From: an uncultured Clostridia bacterium
GTDB taxonomy: Bacteria; Bacillota; Clostridia; Christensenellales; UBA1242
DNA: 64,000 bases
Assembly (NCBI GenBank): GCA_947593585.1
Contig: CANQDP010000004.1
Coordinates: forward strand, 30,227-94,226
Direction: 5' to 3'
The position numbers and the translations under genes are program-made. The notes beneath the pieces are model-generated. The model ran no database searches. It saw nothing but the letters and a program-made list of their open reading frames with translations, and was not told the origin of the DNA. Of this stretch, positions 33,601 through 42,014 are shown piece by piece. Within the stretch, counting starts at the first letter, position 1; every line of letters begins with the position of its first letter.

Positions 33601-34277
33601 ACCGTCTTTTGCATTGCCACGCACATCAACACATCCTGCATTTCAGCGTCTTCTTTAAATAGATAGTGAACATCGTTTGTTGCCACAGTTTTAATGCCAA
33701 ATTTTTTAGAAAACTCGCGCAATTTTGCGTTCACCAACTCTTGCTCGGCAATTCCATTATGTTGGAGTTCGAGATAAAAGTCCTCGCCAAAAAGATTTTT
33801 AAACCAAAGCACCAACTGCTCGGCTTTTTCATATTGCTCTTGCACAATCAGTTTGGGAATATCTCCCGCAAGGCAGGCGGACAAACAAATCAGCCCCTCG
33901 TGATATTGCTCTAGAAGTTTATAATCTATGCGTGGTTTATAATAAAACCCCTCTTTAAAAGCAATGGAGTGGAGTTTGCAAATGTTTTTATATCCCTGCT
34001 CGTTTTTAACCAAAATTATTAAGTGAGATAACTTTTGTTTGCCGTTTTTCACAGTCAAATCGTCTGCCACATAAAACTCTGTGCCCAAAATTGGCTTAAT
34101 TCCAGCCGCCTTGCACGCATCGTAAAAATGAGTTGCGCCATACATATTTCCGTGGTCGGTCATTGCCACGGCTGGCATGTTATATTCTTTGCAAAGTTTC
34201 ACAAGTTTGGAAATCCTTGCCGCACCATCAAGCAGCGAATATTCTGTGTGGACATGTAAATGCACAAAAGGTTTCAT
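30639..34277 (-). CDS. dnaE: DNA polymerase III alpha subunit
   Basis: HLHVHTEYSLLDG, GPGRGSGAGS, PDFDVDF, KMDFL, YAFNKSHA. Confidence 0.98.
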   Translation of the reverse strand: MKPFVHLHVHTEYSLLDGAARISKLVKLCKEYNMPAVAMTDHGNMYGATHFYDACKAAGIKPILGTEFYVADDLTVKNGKQKLSHLIILVKNEQGYKNICKLHSIAFKEGFYYKPRIDYKLLEQYHEGLICLSACLAGDIPKLIVQEQYEKAEQLVLWFKNLFGEDFYLELQHNGIAEQELVNAKLREFSKKFGIKTVATNDVHYLFKEDAEMQDVLMCVAMQKTVDDPDRMKFPTDELYFKTYDQMLEGLPNDEDALETTLEIADKCNYDFVYGHYLFPHYTPEGGYNEQVGATPKEYLLRLVDEGVKKKYGEWNDKIRDRVNMEVGVIEKQGFIEYFLIVWDYINAARKMGISVGPGRGSGAGSVVAYTMGITNIDPLKYELYFERFLNSERVSAPDFDVDFEDVRRDEIIEYVRKKYGDDRVARIITFGTMKAKNAIKDVGRVLRVPYSVTDRITKSIPMYKSPILPKVFGFHIPKEGDKDFGTVYAVPELVELYNNDAQVKKVVDIAMKVEDFPRQQSIHPCGVIIGADILDKHVPLSRNGDLICTQYEGVDMEHLGHLKMDFLALCNLTDIKGALKLIKENHGVEIDFDKSNYDDPNVFKLISSGNTDGIFQIESGGFKRFLKELQPNCIEDIVAAVSLYRPGPMKYIPAYVHNKHHPEDTRYDHPLLEPILKVTHGYMVYQEQVMRVCQDLAGFSLGQADNIRRAMGKKKIAEMMKWKEAFLHGREAFVDDHGKHEPAIKGCVANGVSEEIANKIWADMEDFASYAFNKSHAAAYSLITYQTAYLKCYYEPEFITALFNNRISKSDKIKHYLAYAKEENLKVLPPDINKSQTYFSTDGKTIRFGLAGLKNVGVSNIENIIAERNKNGDFKDLSDFIWRCDGQAVNKKCIEALIKSGAFDCFNKTRSQMMAVFSVVVDRAYERKKKSMNGQMDLFGDIIEDTKLIEENEYPNISEYVSNVKLQYEKEIAGTYLSGHPLDTFLDVIKDFTFNSSYLPSEDVEEDEEQSDEAPLTSQQIIEDENEEVQEELYNGLKDGDMVTCGGVIADIKVITTKTGSRMAILTIEDLTGTFDAFVFSKQYDKFREMLAKDILVAIKGRFTVREGHRPSITISNIELLEHGEKETPEKEKEVEVQKPKKLWLKYNLADGILHKAVEKILGEYNGIDEVFIKDTASNKAYKTNHLVTIRESLKFELETILPKDCIKVVE

Positions 34278-35155
34278 TTGTTTTCTCCCGCAATCTTTTT
34301 ATAAATTTCAATGATTTTATCTAGCCTATATTTAAGCCCAGCGCGGCTTATTGGCTTGTTTGTGAGTTTTTGCAAATCGCTAAGCGACACATCTGGGTTG
34401 GCAAGGCGCAATAGGGCAATTTCTTTTAGATTTTCATCTAATGTGTCTAGCAAATCATTTTGATATAAATATTCTATTGCTTCTAGTTGAGGAGCACTAG
34501 AATTTAGCGTTTTATCCAAATTATAGCCGAAGCAATTATTTTGCCTGTTGGCACTATTTCTCACTTCGCGCATTGCAATGTTGTTTTGAATGTCTAAAGC
34601 CGCCACATTCGCTCCAAGCTTAACTAGCAAATCGCAAATTAGTTCGCCATTTTTTGTGTAAATCACAAAATTGTGTTGACGAGTGCTGAATTTTAGATTA
34701 AACCCAAATTCTGCAAGAAGGGTGGAGATTATCTCAAAATTTTCCTTATCTTTAAGCACAAATTCAAAATTGTATCCTGTTGAGTTTTTGTTGCTATCTT
34801 TATTGTAATAAAGGTTTGAATAAATCAAAACATAGGCCTTTAATAAACACAGTCTATCGCATTCACTATCAAATAGGCTTAAATAAATCTTTTCATAATT
34901 ATAGTCAACTAAAAAAGAGTAGATGTCCCCCCTCAGCATCAAAAAACCATCCCAATGCAAAATTTCTAGATTGGGGTTAAATTTATTAAAAATATCAATC
35001 AACTTTGCAATTAAGAAGTTGTTTGCGTTTATCAATATATAGTGGTCGGCATCGTCTATGATGGCACAATTATTTAAAACAACGGAGATGAATGAATGAG
35101 CGCAACACGCGTTGAGTGGTATTGATTTGGTTATCTGCTGCTTCCATTCAATCAT
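34274..35155 (-). CDS. whiA: DNA-binding protein WhiA
   Basis: VRNSANRQNNC...NLDKT, LRLANPDVSL, SRAGLKYRL. Confidence 0.9.
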   Translation of the reverse strand: MIEWKQQITKSIPLNACCAHSFISVVLNNCAIIDDADHYILINANNFLIAKLIDIFNKFNPNLEILHWDGFLMLRGDIYSFLVDYNYEKIYLSLFDSECDRLCLLKAYVLIYSNLYYNKDSNKNSTGYNFEFVLKDKENFEIISTLLAEFGFNLKFSTRQHNFVIYTKNGELICDLLVKLGANVAALDIQNNIAMREVRNSANRQNNCFGYNLDKTLNSSAPQLEAIEYLYQNDLLDTLDENLKEIALLRLANPDVSLSDLQKLTNKPISRAGLKYRLDKIIEIYKKIAGENK

Positions 35156-35166
35156 ATAGCCTCCAA

Positions 35167-35940
35167 TTAAGCCTTCTTTGCCTTATCCTTTTTAAATGTT
35201 GGAAGTTGGTTATAGTTTACCACCGCACTTTCAGGAATTCTTAGCCTTAAAATTGCGCTCAAACCCTTGTGGCAATCTCCAACGCGGTCAGGCGAGTGCG
35301 CATCACTATCTATAACGAACTTGCACCCCAAATTATAGCAAGTTAAAATTTCCTCATCGCTCATGCCAAGGCGCTTGCCGTTCAATTCAATAAGAGTGTT
35401 GGTTTCCTTTGCCACTCTTGCCACCTTTTCCACATCCACCTTGCACACATGGTTTAGATGGGTGATTATGTCAATGTCATATTTTCGCATAGCGTTTATG
35501 TAGGCATTTGTGTTCTTTTCAATCTGCTTTTTGCTCGTGTGGTGGAAAATGCTGCAAAACACATTTTTGAGCACAAATCCAAACTGTTCCTTCCTCGAAG
35601 TGGATTTAACTAGCCTGTGAAAGCCACATAAAAGAATGTCCACATTATTCATGTCCTCATCCACAATGTCTATGTCGCCCCTGCTGGAAATTAGGTTTGC
35701 CTCCACGCCAAGCAAAACATCAATAGGGTAATGGTCTTTCGCCTCTTCAATGTCTTTCTTCACATTAGCAATGTCTGCTCGCCTAACGCCATACCATTTT
35801 TGATTGAAACCATGGTCTGTGATAGCCACTTGCCTTAGCCCGCGCTCATAAGCCACACGAACATTGTCCTCAATCGAACCTTTTCCGTGGTGATGGCGGG
35901 AATATTTAGTGTGAGTGTGATAATCCGCTAAAAGTGCCAT
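35167..35940 (-). CDS. PHP-domain phosphoesterase
   Basis: DYHTHT, ITDHG, GVEAN, ITH, DSDAH. AGGAG SD before ATG 35940. Confidence 0.9.
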   Translation of the reverse strand: MALLADYHTHTKYSRHHHGKGSIEDNVRVAYERGLRQVAITDHGFNQKWYGVRRADIANVKKDIEEAKDHYPIDVLLGVEANLISSRGDIDIVDEDMNNVDILLCGFHRLVKSTSRKEQFGFVLKNVFCSIFHHTSKKQIEKNTNAYINAMRKYDIDIITHLNHVCKVDVEKVARVAKETNTLIELNGKRLGMSDEEILTCYNLGCKFVIDSDAHSPDRVGDCHKGLSAILRLRIPESAVVNYNQLPTFKKDKAKKA

Positions 35941-36118
35941 GTTTCTCCTTATAAACCTTAAATTTGAACAAATTTTGCTCAAAATGTTGCGTGATTTTGA
36001 AATCTAGTTTATTATATCACTCTTAAAGAAAAAAATCAAATAAAACCTATTTGATTTTCTTAAAATATAAAATTTTTTATGTCTTAAAAAGAGGGCATTT
36101 ATCACCCAAGTCAAATTT

Positions 36119-37411
36119 TTATTTCACAATTTCGATTTCAAGAGGTAAGGTAAAGCCGCACGCTTCTTTTACCTTTGCATTAACAATCTCAATTAGAGTG
36201 GAAATGTCCTTGCCGCTTGCACCTCCCGTGTTAATGATAAACCCAGCGTGTTTTGTGGACACCATAGCACCACCAACCCTCAGCCCTTTAAGCCCAAGCG
36301 CATCAATAATCTTTGCCGGCACAATCTCGCAAAGTTGTTTCCCATTCGAATTATATTCAATTAGAGCATTTTGCCCGCAACTGTCCTTGTGCGGATTTAT
36401 TTCATTATTTATCCAATATCCACCATTATGATTATAACAGTTGTTATTAAGATTTATATTATCATCATTTAGATTTACTTCACAAATTTCTCCATATTTT
36501 ATCTTTACAATGTGCTTATAACTATTGTTATGCAAATCTGTTTTTTTATTGGGTTTTTTATTTTCCTTGTCGCAACTGCATGATTTAAAATTTATTAAGG
36601 TGTCCTTCTTATCATCACAACATGGGTCATAAAATTTTGCACTAATTGTCTGTTTTTCATTGTTGTCTTCCAACTTAAAACCCACTAAGCCGTTGCCTTC
36701 ATTATCATTATAACAAATGTTATTATTTTTTATTTTGTCTTTATCAATGAAAAATCGCTTAAACACACTCCCCGCGCTGGGGAAGTCTAGCGGTTGGGTG
36801 GCGGATTTTTTTGCCAGGGCGGAGAGCATGTTTGATTTTATTGTTTCTTTATCCGCAAAATTTAATTTGAGTTTAACCCTCAAAATAACAAAATCACCAT
36901 GCTTAAATCTGCTAGTGCGATAGCCAAATTTACAGGCAGAATTTTTTAATTTCACATGTTTGCCAGCCCCGTCTAAGCAGAGCACATATTCAACAAAATT
37001 ATTAAACTCAACTCCAAAAGCGCCCAACCCGTTAACCACCGCACCGCCCACGCTAGATGGTATGCCTGCAAGTTTTTCTATTCCTCCCAAACCATGATTA
37101 AGGCAGGCGGGAATTAGTGCAGAAATTGCCACGCCTCCGTCAGCATAAACGCAGTTGCCTTTCAATAAAATTTTATTTGCTCTGTTCACAATAATAGCCC
37201 CGTCAAACCCGTTGTCATCAAACAGCAAGTTCGCACCAAACCCTATAATCTTATATCTTATTTTGTGTGATTTGCAACAAAAACACACTTTATTTAGTGC
37301 ACTGTTGCTGTGCACAACAAAGAGGAGTTTTGCTTTTCCTCCCACCTTAAAAGTGCAAAATTCACTTAGTTTTGCTCCTTTAAAAACCTCAATGTCCTCA
37401 TAAATTTTCAC
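36119..37411 (-). CDS. murB: UDP-N-acetylenolpyruvoylglucosamine reductase with large insertion
   Basis: TFKVGG, IGFGANLL, GIPSSVGGA, GYRTS, QPLDFPSAGSVFKR, VSTKHAGFIIN, LEI. Probable GTG start at 37411. Confidence 0.92.
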   Translation of the reverse strand: MKIYEDIEVFKGAKLSEFCTFKVGGKAKLLFVVHSNSALNKVCFCCKSHKIRYKIIGFGANLLFDDNGFDGAIIVNRANKILLKGNCVYADGGVAISALIPACLNHGLGGIEKLAGIPSSVGGAVVNGLGAFGVEFNNFVEYVLCLDGAGKHVKLKNSACKFGYRTSRFKHGDFVILRVKLKLNFADKETIKSNMLSALAKKSATQPLDFPSAGSVFKRFFIDKDKIKNNNICYNDNEGNGLVGFKLEDNNEKQTISAKFYDPCCDDKKDTLINFKSCSCDKENKKPNKKTDLHNNSYKHIVKIKYGEICEVNLNDDNINLNNNCYNHNGGYWINNEINPHKDSCGQNALIEYNSNGKQLCEIVPAKIIDALGLKGLRVGGAMVSTKHAGFIINTGGASGKDISTLIEIVNAKVKEACGFTLPLEIEIVK

Positions 37412-37436
37412 TGCAAATTTCCACCAAAAAAAATTG

Positions 37437-38360
37437 TTAAAAACAGTTTGGAATGCCCGCACTCAAAAGTGCGTTTTCCATATCGTTATATATTCCTGTG
37501 GAATAAATTTTGGGATACTTGCTGCTAAAAAGTCCATAGTCTACCAGGCTAATTTGGTGTTCGTCATCAAGTGCCATTTGCAAAAATTTCATGCTGATTT
37601 GGTCATTAGTTGTTATGCCCAAATATTGAATTAGGTCTGTGTAGTTGCCAATCGGCGTGATGCTGGCACTCGCTCTGCCCACAGCGTTTAGGTTGCTCAC
37701 CCTAAACACATCTCGCGCACTGCCCAAAAGTTTGCTCTCTTTGTCATAGATAAAATCTTTATAAGCTTCATATTGGCTTTGCTTCTTAGTTAAAGAATAA
37801 TTCATTTCGACATAAATTTTTTCTGGGTGGATATAATCATTTTCGCCACAATAGAAATTTTTCACTTGCCCGCCATGGCTAAATTCCGCATATCCACTAA
37901 CCAGATATGGCAGGGCAAAAAGCTTGCTGTTAAAGCTCCCGCTCGCCACCAATTCATCGCGCACATCGTGAGTGGCAGTTAATTCTACAAAATGAGGCAA
38001 AAGCAGTTTGCCCACTCCAAACCCAAACGAAACGATGTCCGGCACACTTTCATTTAGTTCACTTTCAAGTTTGCTTGGCTCAATTTGTTTTATCATAATC
38101 AGCACGCCTTTGTTTTCACTCTCAATTTTTCGTGCAATGTTTTTTAAAAAGGTCAGGCGCGATTTGCTCCCACCTTCAAAAGTTTCAATATGCCAAACTG
38201 TGTAGATTTTAGTGTCGACCACCGGCTCTTTATAGATTTCGTAGTCTTTTGCTTTTTTTATGGCAACCAATGGCACATATATGCATAAAAAAATAATTCC
38301 CGCCACACTTAATAGTTTGACCCAATGCTTTTTTAGCCAATTTAATTTAAAAAATTTCAT
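37437..38360 (-). CDS. Membrane-anchored protein, solute-binding-protein-like, probably sporulation-expressed
   Basis: N-terminal TM, VWHIETFEGG, PDIVSFG, ALPY. ATAAA-14-CATACAAT lies just upstream. Confidence 0.65.
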   Translation of the reverse strand: MKFFKLNWLKKHWVKLLSVAGIIFLCIYVPLVAIKKAKDYEIYKEPVVDTKIYTVWHIETFEGGSKSRLTFLKNIARKIESENKGVLIMIKQIEPSKLESELNESVPDIVSFGFGVGKLLLPHFVELTATHDVRDELVASGSFNSKLFALPYLVSGYAEFSHGGQVKNFYCGENDYIHPEKIYVEMNYSLTKKQSQYEAYKDFIYDKESKLLGSARDVFRVSNLNAVGRASASITPIGNYTDLIQYLGITTNDQISMKFLQMALDDEHQISLVDYGLFSSKYPKIYSTGIYNDMENALLSAGIPNCF

Positions 38361-38397
38361 ACTTATTGTATGAAACTTTTTTTTAGTTTATTATATG

Positions 38398-38754
38398 TTA
38401 ATTTAATGTTGAAATTGTGCCATTTGCCTCATTAAGGTCTTGAATATATCTAGGAAACCTTAATTGACCATATTCATTTTGTGCGGTTTTCATATAATTT
38501 AAATATGCATTATACATTTCTGCCAATCTTTCCGCACTTGCCCTGCCAAGATGTGATGATATCCTTGCACTAACGACCGTTAGCCCAAAATCTCGCAATT
38601 CATATCTGCAAAGTTTCCCATCTGCCTCAAATTGCAATATTCTCGACCCGTTTTTAGAGTTGGATAAAAGCAAATCGTCCACCTTACCAAACACTTGTTC
38701 TGCAATTATTTTTGCGTCCTCTTCTGTGATGTCCCTAACATAAATATTTCTCAT
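38398..38754 (-). CDS. Hypothetical protein
   Basis: AAGGA SD and TTGACA-17-TATAAT promoter. Confidence 0.75.
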   Translation of the reverse strand: MRNIYVRDITEEDAKIIAEQVFGKVDDLLLSNSKNGSRILQFEADGKLCRYELRDFGLTVVSARISSHLGRASAERLAEMYNAYLNYMKTAQNEYGQLRFPRYIQDLNEANGTISTLN

Positions 38755-38853
38755 AAGTTTTCCTTATAGGGCGATTATAACATCGGTTTTGCGATTTGTC
38801 AATATTTTAATAATTTTCTTTTAAATAATTTAAAACTATGTTATAATAAAATT

Positions 38854-40659
38854 ATGAACATCATTATGGATAAAGTTAAACGCTTGACTACCGACCCGGG
38901 CGTTTACATCATGAAAGATAAAGATGAAAATGTCATATATGTTGGCAAAGCCAAAAATTTAAAGAGGCGCGTCAGCCAATATTTTTTGCGCAAGCAAGAG
39001 CATATAAAAGTTCGCAATATGGTGGAGAATATCCGCGATTTTGATTTTTACATTGTCAATGACGAAGTTGAGGCTCTTGCCCTAGAAAATAACCTTATCA
39101 AAAAATATAAGCCTTATTATAACATTTTGCTTAAAGATAGCAAAACTTATGCCTATATCAAAATCAATTTGAAAGAGGACTATCCTCATTTTGAAATTTC
39201 ACGCAGGCTTAATAAAACGGACAAATATTTCGGGCCATATATGGCAGGAGTTACGGCAAAAGATGTCATTAGCATTTTAGATTATGCCTTCCCGCTTCGC
39301 AAATGCCGCCTGCCGCTCACCGAGAGCAAAAAACCGCTAAAGCCTTGCATTTTCCACGAAATGCACTTATGCTCGGCTCCGTGCGCCCACAAAATCTCAA
39401 AAGCGGAATATATGGGCATCGTGAATGACGCCATTCGCTTTTTAAAGGGCGAAACAGACGAGGTTGAAAAGATTTTATTAGAAAAAATGCAAATAGCGTC
39501 CGACACTCAAAACTATGAAACCGCCATAAAATTGCGCGATAGGCTCAATATGTTAAACAAGATGAAAGCGCGCGTTATCACCAGCCTTGGAAGCCTTGTT
39601 GACTATGATGTGTTTAATCTAAAAACGAGTGGTGAGTTTTCGGCAATGTGCGTGCTAAACATTCGCGGTGGCAAGTTGCAAGGTGTTGAAACCTTCGACA
39701 TTTTAAATTTTTTGGACATAAACGAGGCGTACACTCAGTTCGTTATGCAGTATTACACTTCGCATCCGCTCATTGTGGATGAAATCATCATGCCGGATGT
39801 GGACACGCAAGAAATCGAAATCTTTTTGCAAGATAAGGCTAAGAAAAAGGTGGCGGTAACCAAGCCAAAAATCGATAGCGTTAAGTTTAAACTGCTAGAA
39901 ATAGCCGAGAAAAATGCCATAATGCACATGGAAAAGAACCTAGAGCGCACCACAAAGCAGCAAAACGCCAGCATAGGTGCGGTTAGGCAACTTAAAAAGG
40001 ATTTAGACCTAAAGCATGAGCCAAAGCGCATCGAATGCTATGATATTTCCCACACTTATGGCACTTACACCGTTGCCAGCATGGTGGTGCTGATAAATGG
40101 CGAAAAAGCGCCGTCAATGTATCGCAAATTTAAGATAGAAACGGTGGATTTCATTGACGATTTCGCTTCAATGCGCGAAGTTTTGACTAGACGAATGGAA
40201 AAGTTAAATAGCGATGACATCAGTTTTAGCCAGATGCCAGACTTGATTGTTATAGACGGTGGCAAAGGGCAACTCGGCATTGCGGTTGAAGTTATGGAAA
40301 AATATCATTTCACAAACGATTTGATTTCACTTGCCAAGCGTGAAGAGGAAGTGTTTAAGCCTTATGAGCCACGCCCGTATATGCTTTCAAAGGGCAGTTT
40401 TAGCCTGCGTTTGGTGCAACTTGCACGCGATGAAGCGCACCGCTTTGCAATCACCTTTAACCGTAGCCTAAGGCAAAAGGGTATGTATCGTGGTGGGCTA
40501 GAGAGCATTGAGGGTGTTGGGCCTGCCACTCGCCGTGCTCTTTTAGGCAAATTCCGCACGATAGAAAACATCAAAAACGCCACTCTTGAAGAACTAGAGC
40601 AAACAAAAGGCGTGAGCACGTCCACCGCACTAAATATTTATAAAAGGTTTAACAAATAA
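38854..40659 (+). CDS. uvrC: Excinuclease ABC subunit C
   Basis: GIY-YIG (PGVY...YVGKAKNL), RIECYDISH, DGGKGQL, RDEAHRFA, HhH tail. Confidence 0.98.
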   Translation: MNIIMDKVKRLTTDPGVYIMKDKDENVIYVGKAKNLKRRVSQYFLRKQEHIKVRNMVENIRDFDFYIVNDEVEALALENNLIKKYKPYYNILLKDSKTYAYIKINLKEDYPHFEISRRLNKTDKYFGPYMAGVTAKDVISILDYAFPLRKCRLPLTESKKPLKPCIFHEMHLCSAPCAHKISKAEYMGIVNDAIRFLKGETDEVEKILLEKMQIASDTQNYETAIKLRDRLNMLNKMKARVITSLGSLVDYDVFNLKTSGEFSAMCVLNIRGGKLQGVETFDILNFLDINEAYTQFVMQYYTSHPLIVDEIIMPDVDTQEIEIFLQDKAKKKVAVTKPKIDSVKFKLLEIAEKNAIMHMEKNLERTTKQQNASIGAVRQLKKDLDLKHEPKRIECYDISHTYGTYTVASMVVLINGEKAPSMYRKFKIETVDFIDDFASMREVLTRRMEKLNSDDISFSQMPDLIVIDGGKGQLGIAVEVMEKYHFTNDLISLAKREEEVFKPYEPRPYMLSKGSFSLRLVQLARDEAHRFAITFNRSLRQKGMYRGGLESIEGVGPATRRALLGKFRTIENIKNATLEELEQTKGVSTSTALNIYKRFNK

Positions 40660-40743
40660 AGTCCAAGCTCAACCGCTTGGTTTTTTTAATTTTTTTAGCA
40701 AATTCAGCACTTTAATTATTTTTGTGTTCAAAATTTGCCGTTA

Positions 40744-40770
40744 TTAGCACTCAAATAAAAAGATTGCTAA
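40744..40770. promoter_or_regulatory. CIRCE element (HrcA operator)
   Basis: TTAGCACTC-N9-GATTGCTAA, one mismatch to consensus. Confidence 0.88.
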
Positions 40771-40797
40771 AAATTTTTAAAAATTTGTCAAATTTGC

Positions 40798-40826
40798 TTG
40801 ACATTGCAATTTTTAAGTGATAGAAT
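40798..40826 (+). promoter_or_regulatory. SigmaA promoter of ctsR operon
   Basis: TTGACA-17-TAGAAT with TGn. Confidence 0.85.
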
Positions 40827-40835
40827 AAGGGCGAA

Positions 40836-40852
40836 AGTCAAAGAAAGTCAAA
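40836..40852 (+). promoter_or_regulatory. CtsR box
   Basis: AGTCAAA-GAA-AGTCAAA heptad direct repeat. Confidence 0.92.
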
Positions 40853-40949
40853 CCACTGTGATTGTAAGTTGCTCCCTATCCCCGTGCAAGTGCTTGTGGG
40901 GTTCAAAATAAATGACAAACTGTGATTTTCTTAAAAGGAGAGATGAGGT

Positions 40950-41411
40950 GTGAATAAGAGTGTGAGTGATATAATCGAAGAATTTATAATGTCTAGCTTA
41001 GACGATGACAGTTTCATTGAGTTGTCGCGAAATGACCTTGCCAAATTCTTTGCCTGTGTGCCTAGCCAAATCAATTATGTGCTAAACACTCGCTTCACAA
41101 TAAATCGTGGTTTTGTGGTCGAAAGCCAGCGAGGTGGCGCGGGGTATATTAAAGTTTCGCGCTTAAAAGATAATGACGACAATTTCTTAAAGTCTGCGTT
41201 AGACCTTTGCAATCAGCCGCTAAATTTAACTGACGCAAATCAACTCATCAATCAAATGATGGATAGAAATTTGCTAAGCAAAAATGAATGCGAACTTATT
41301 AAAACCACAATAAGCGCAAAAGCGCTAAATAACCCCATAAATATTGATAATACTATTCGTAGCAATATTTTAAAACAGGTTATAATTAAATTGATGCAAA
41401 ATCATAAATGA
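40950..41411 (+). CDS. ctsR: Class III heat-shock repressor
   Basis: SDIIEEFI, CVPSQINYVLNTRF, ESQRGGAGYI. Confidence 0.96.
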   Translation: MNKSVSDIIEEFIMSSLDDDSFIELSRNDLAKFFACVPSQINYVLNTRFTINRGFVVESQRGGAGYIKVSRLKDNDDNFLKSALDLCNQPLNLTDANQLINQMMDRNLLSKNECELIKTTISAKALNNPINIDNTIRSNILKQVIIKLMQNHK

Positions 41412-41513
41412 CAAAAACAAGGCAAAATTTTGCAAAAAAACGCAAAAAATGGTGCAAAATTTGAAATTTTAAAAAATTTTTAGCCAAATTTAAAAATAAA
41501 AGGAGAATTAATT

Positions 41514-42014
41514 ATGAAATGTGATCGTTGCGGAAAGCCAAGTGTCTATCACTCAACGCTAATTGTAAATGGAGTGAGCCAAACCACAAATTTGTGCAGA
41601 GAATGTGCAATCAAAGAAGGGGTGTTCAATTCATCGCCTGCCAGCATTTTCGATGATATGTTTGCGCCTTTTAGTGATTTCTTATCTTTTGAAAAGGTGG
41701 CAGATATCGTTTGCCCGGTTTGCAAAACAAGTTTGCGTGAATTTAAAAACACTCAAAGGTTAGGTTGCCCAAATTGTTACGATGCTTTTAGAGATGAAAT
41801 TTCACGAATAGTAAAAAAGATTGCTCCGTTTGAAACTCATAAGCCAGAAATCAAAGCAAAGGCAAAGAGTGTGAAAACGAAAAAGAGCGAAACAAAGGCA
41901 GAAAAAATTGCAAGCCTTAGGCAAGATATGGCGGTTGCTGTGAAAGAAGAGCGTTATGAAGATGCAGCAAAGATAAAGAAGCAAATTCAAAAGTTGGAGG
42001 CAGAAAATGAATAA
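41514..42014 (+). CDS. mcsA: McsA (Zn fingers plus UVR domain)
   Basis: Four CxxC motifs, RLGCPNCY, ERYEDAAKIK. Confidence 0.93.
   Translation: MKCDRCGKPSVYHSTLIVNGVSQTTNLCRECAIKEGVFNSSPASIFDDMFAPFSDFLSFEKVADIVCPVCKTSLREFKNTQRLGCPNCYDAFRDEISRIVKKIAPFETHKPEIKAKAKSVKTKKSETKAEKIASLRQDMAVAVKEERYEDAAKIKKQIQKLEAENE

Noticed and set aside
36320-36754. Intein or intron in murB
   Set aside because: No N-terminal Cys/Ser block, no terminal HN plus C/S/T, and no group I/II intron hallmarks.
40853-40945. Riboswitch or thermometer in the ctsR leader (CCCC...GGGG hairpin, ACTGTGATT twice)
   Set aside because: No recognisable family motif, and the SD is not clearly sequestered.
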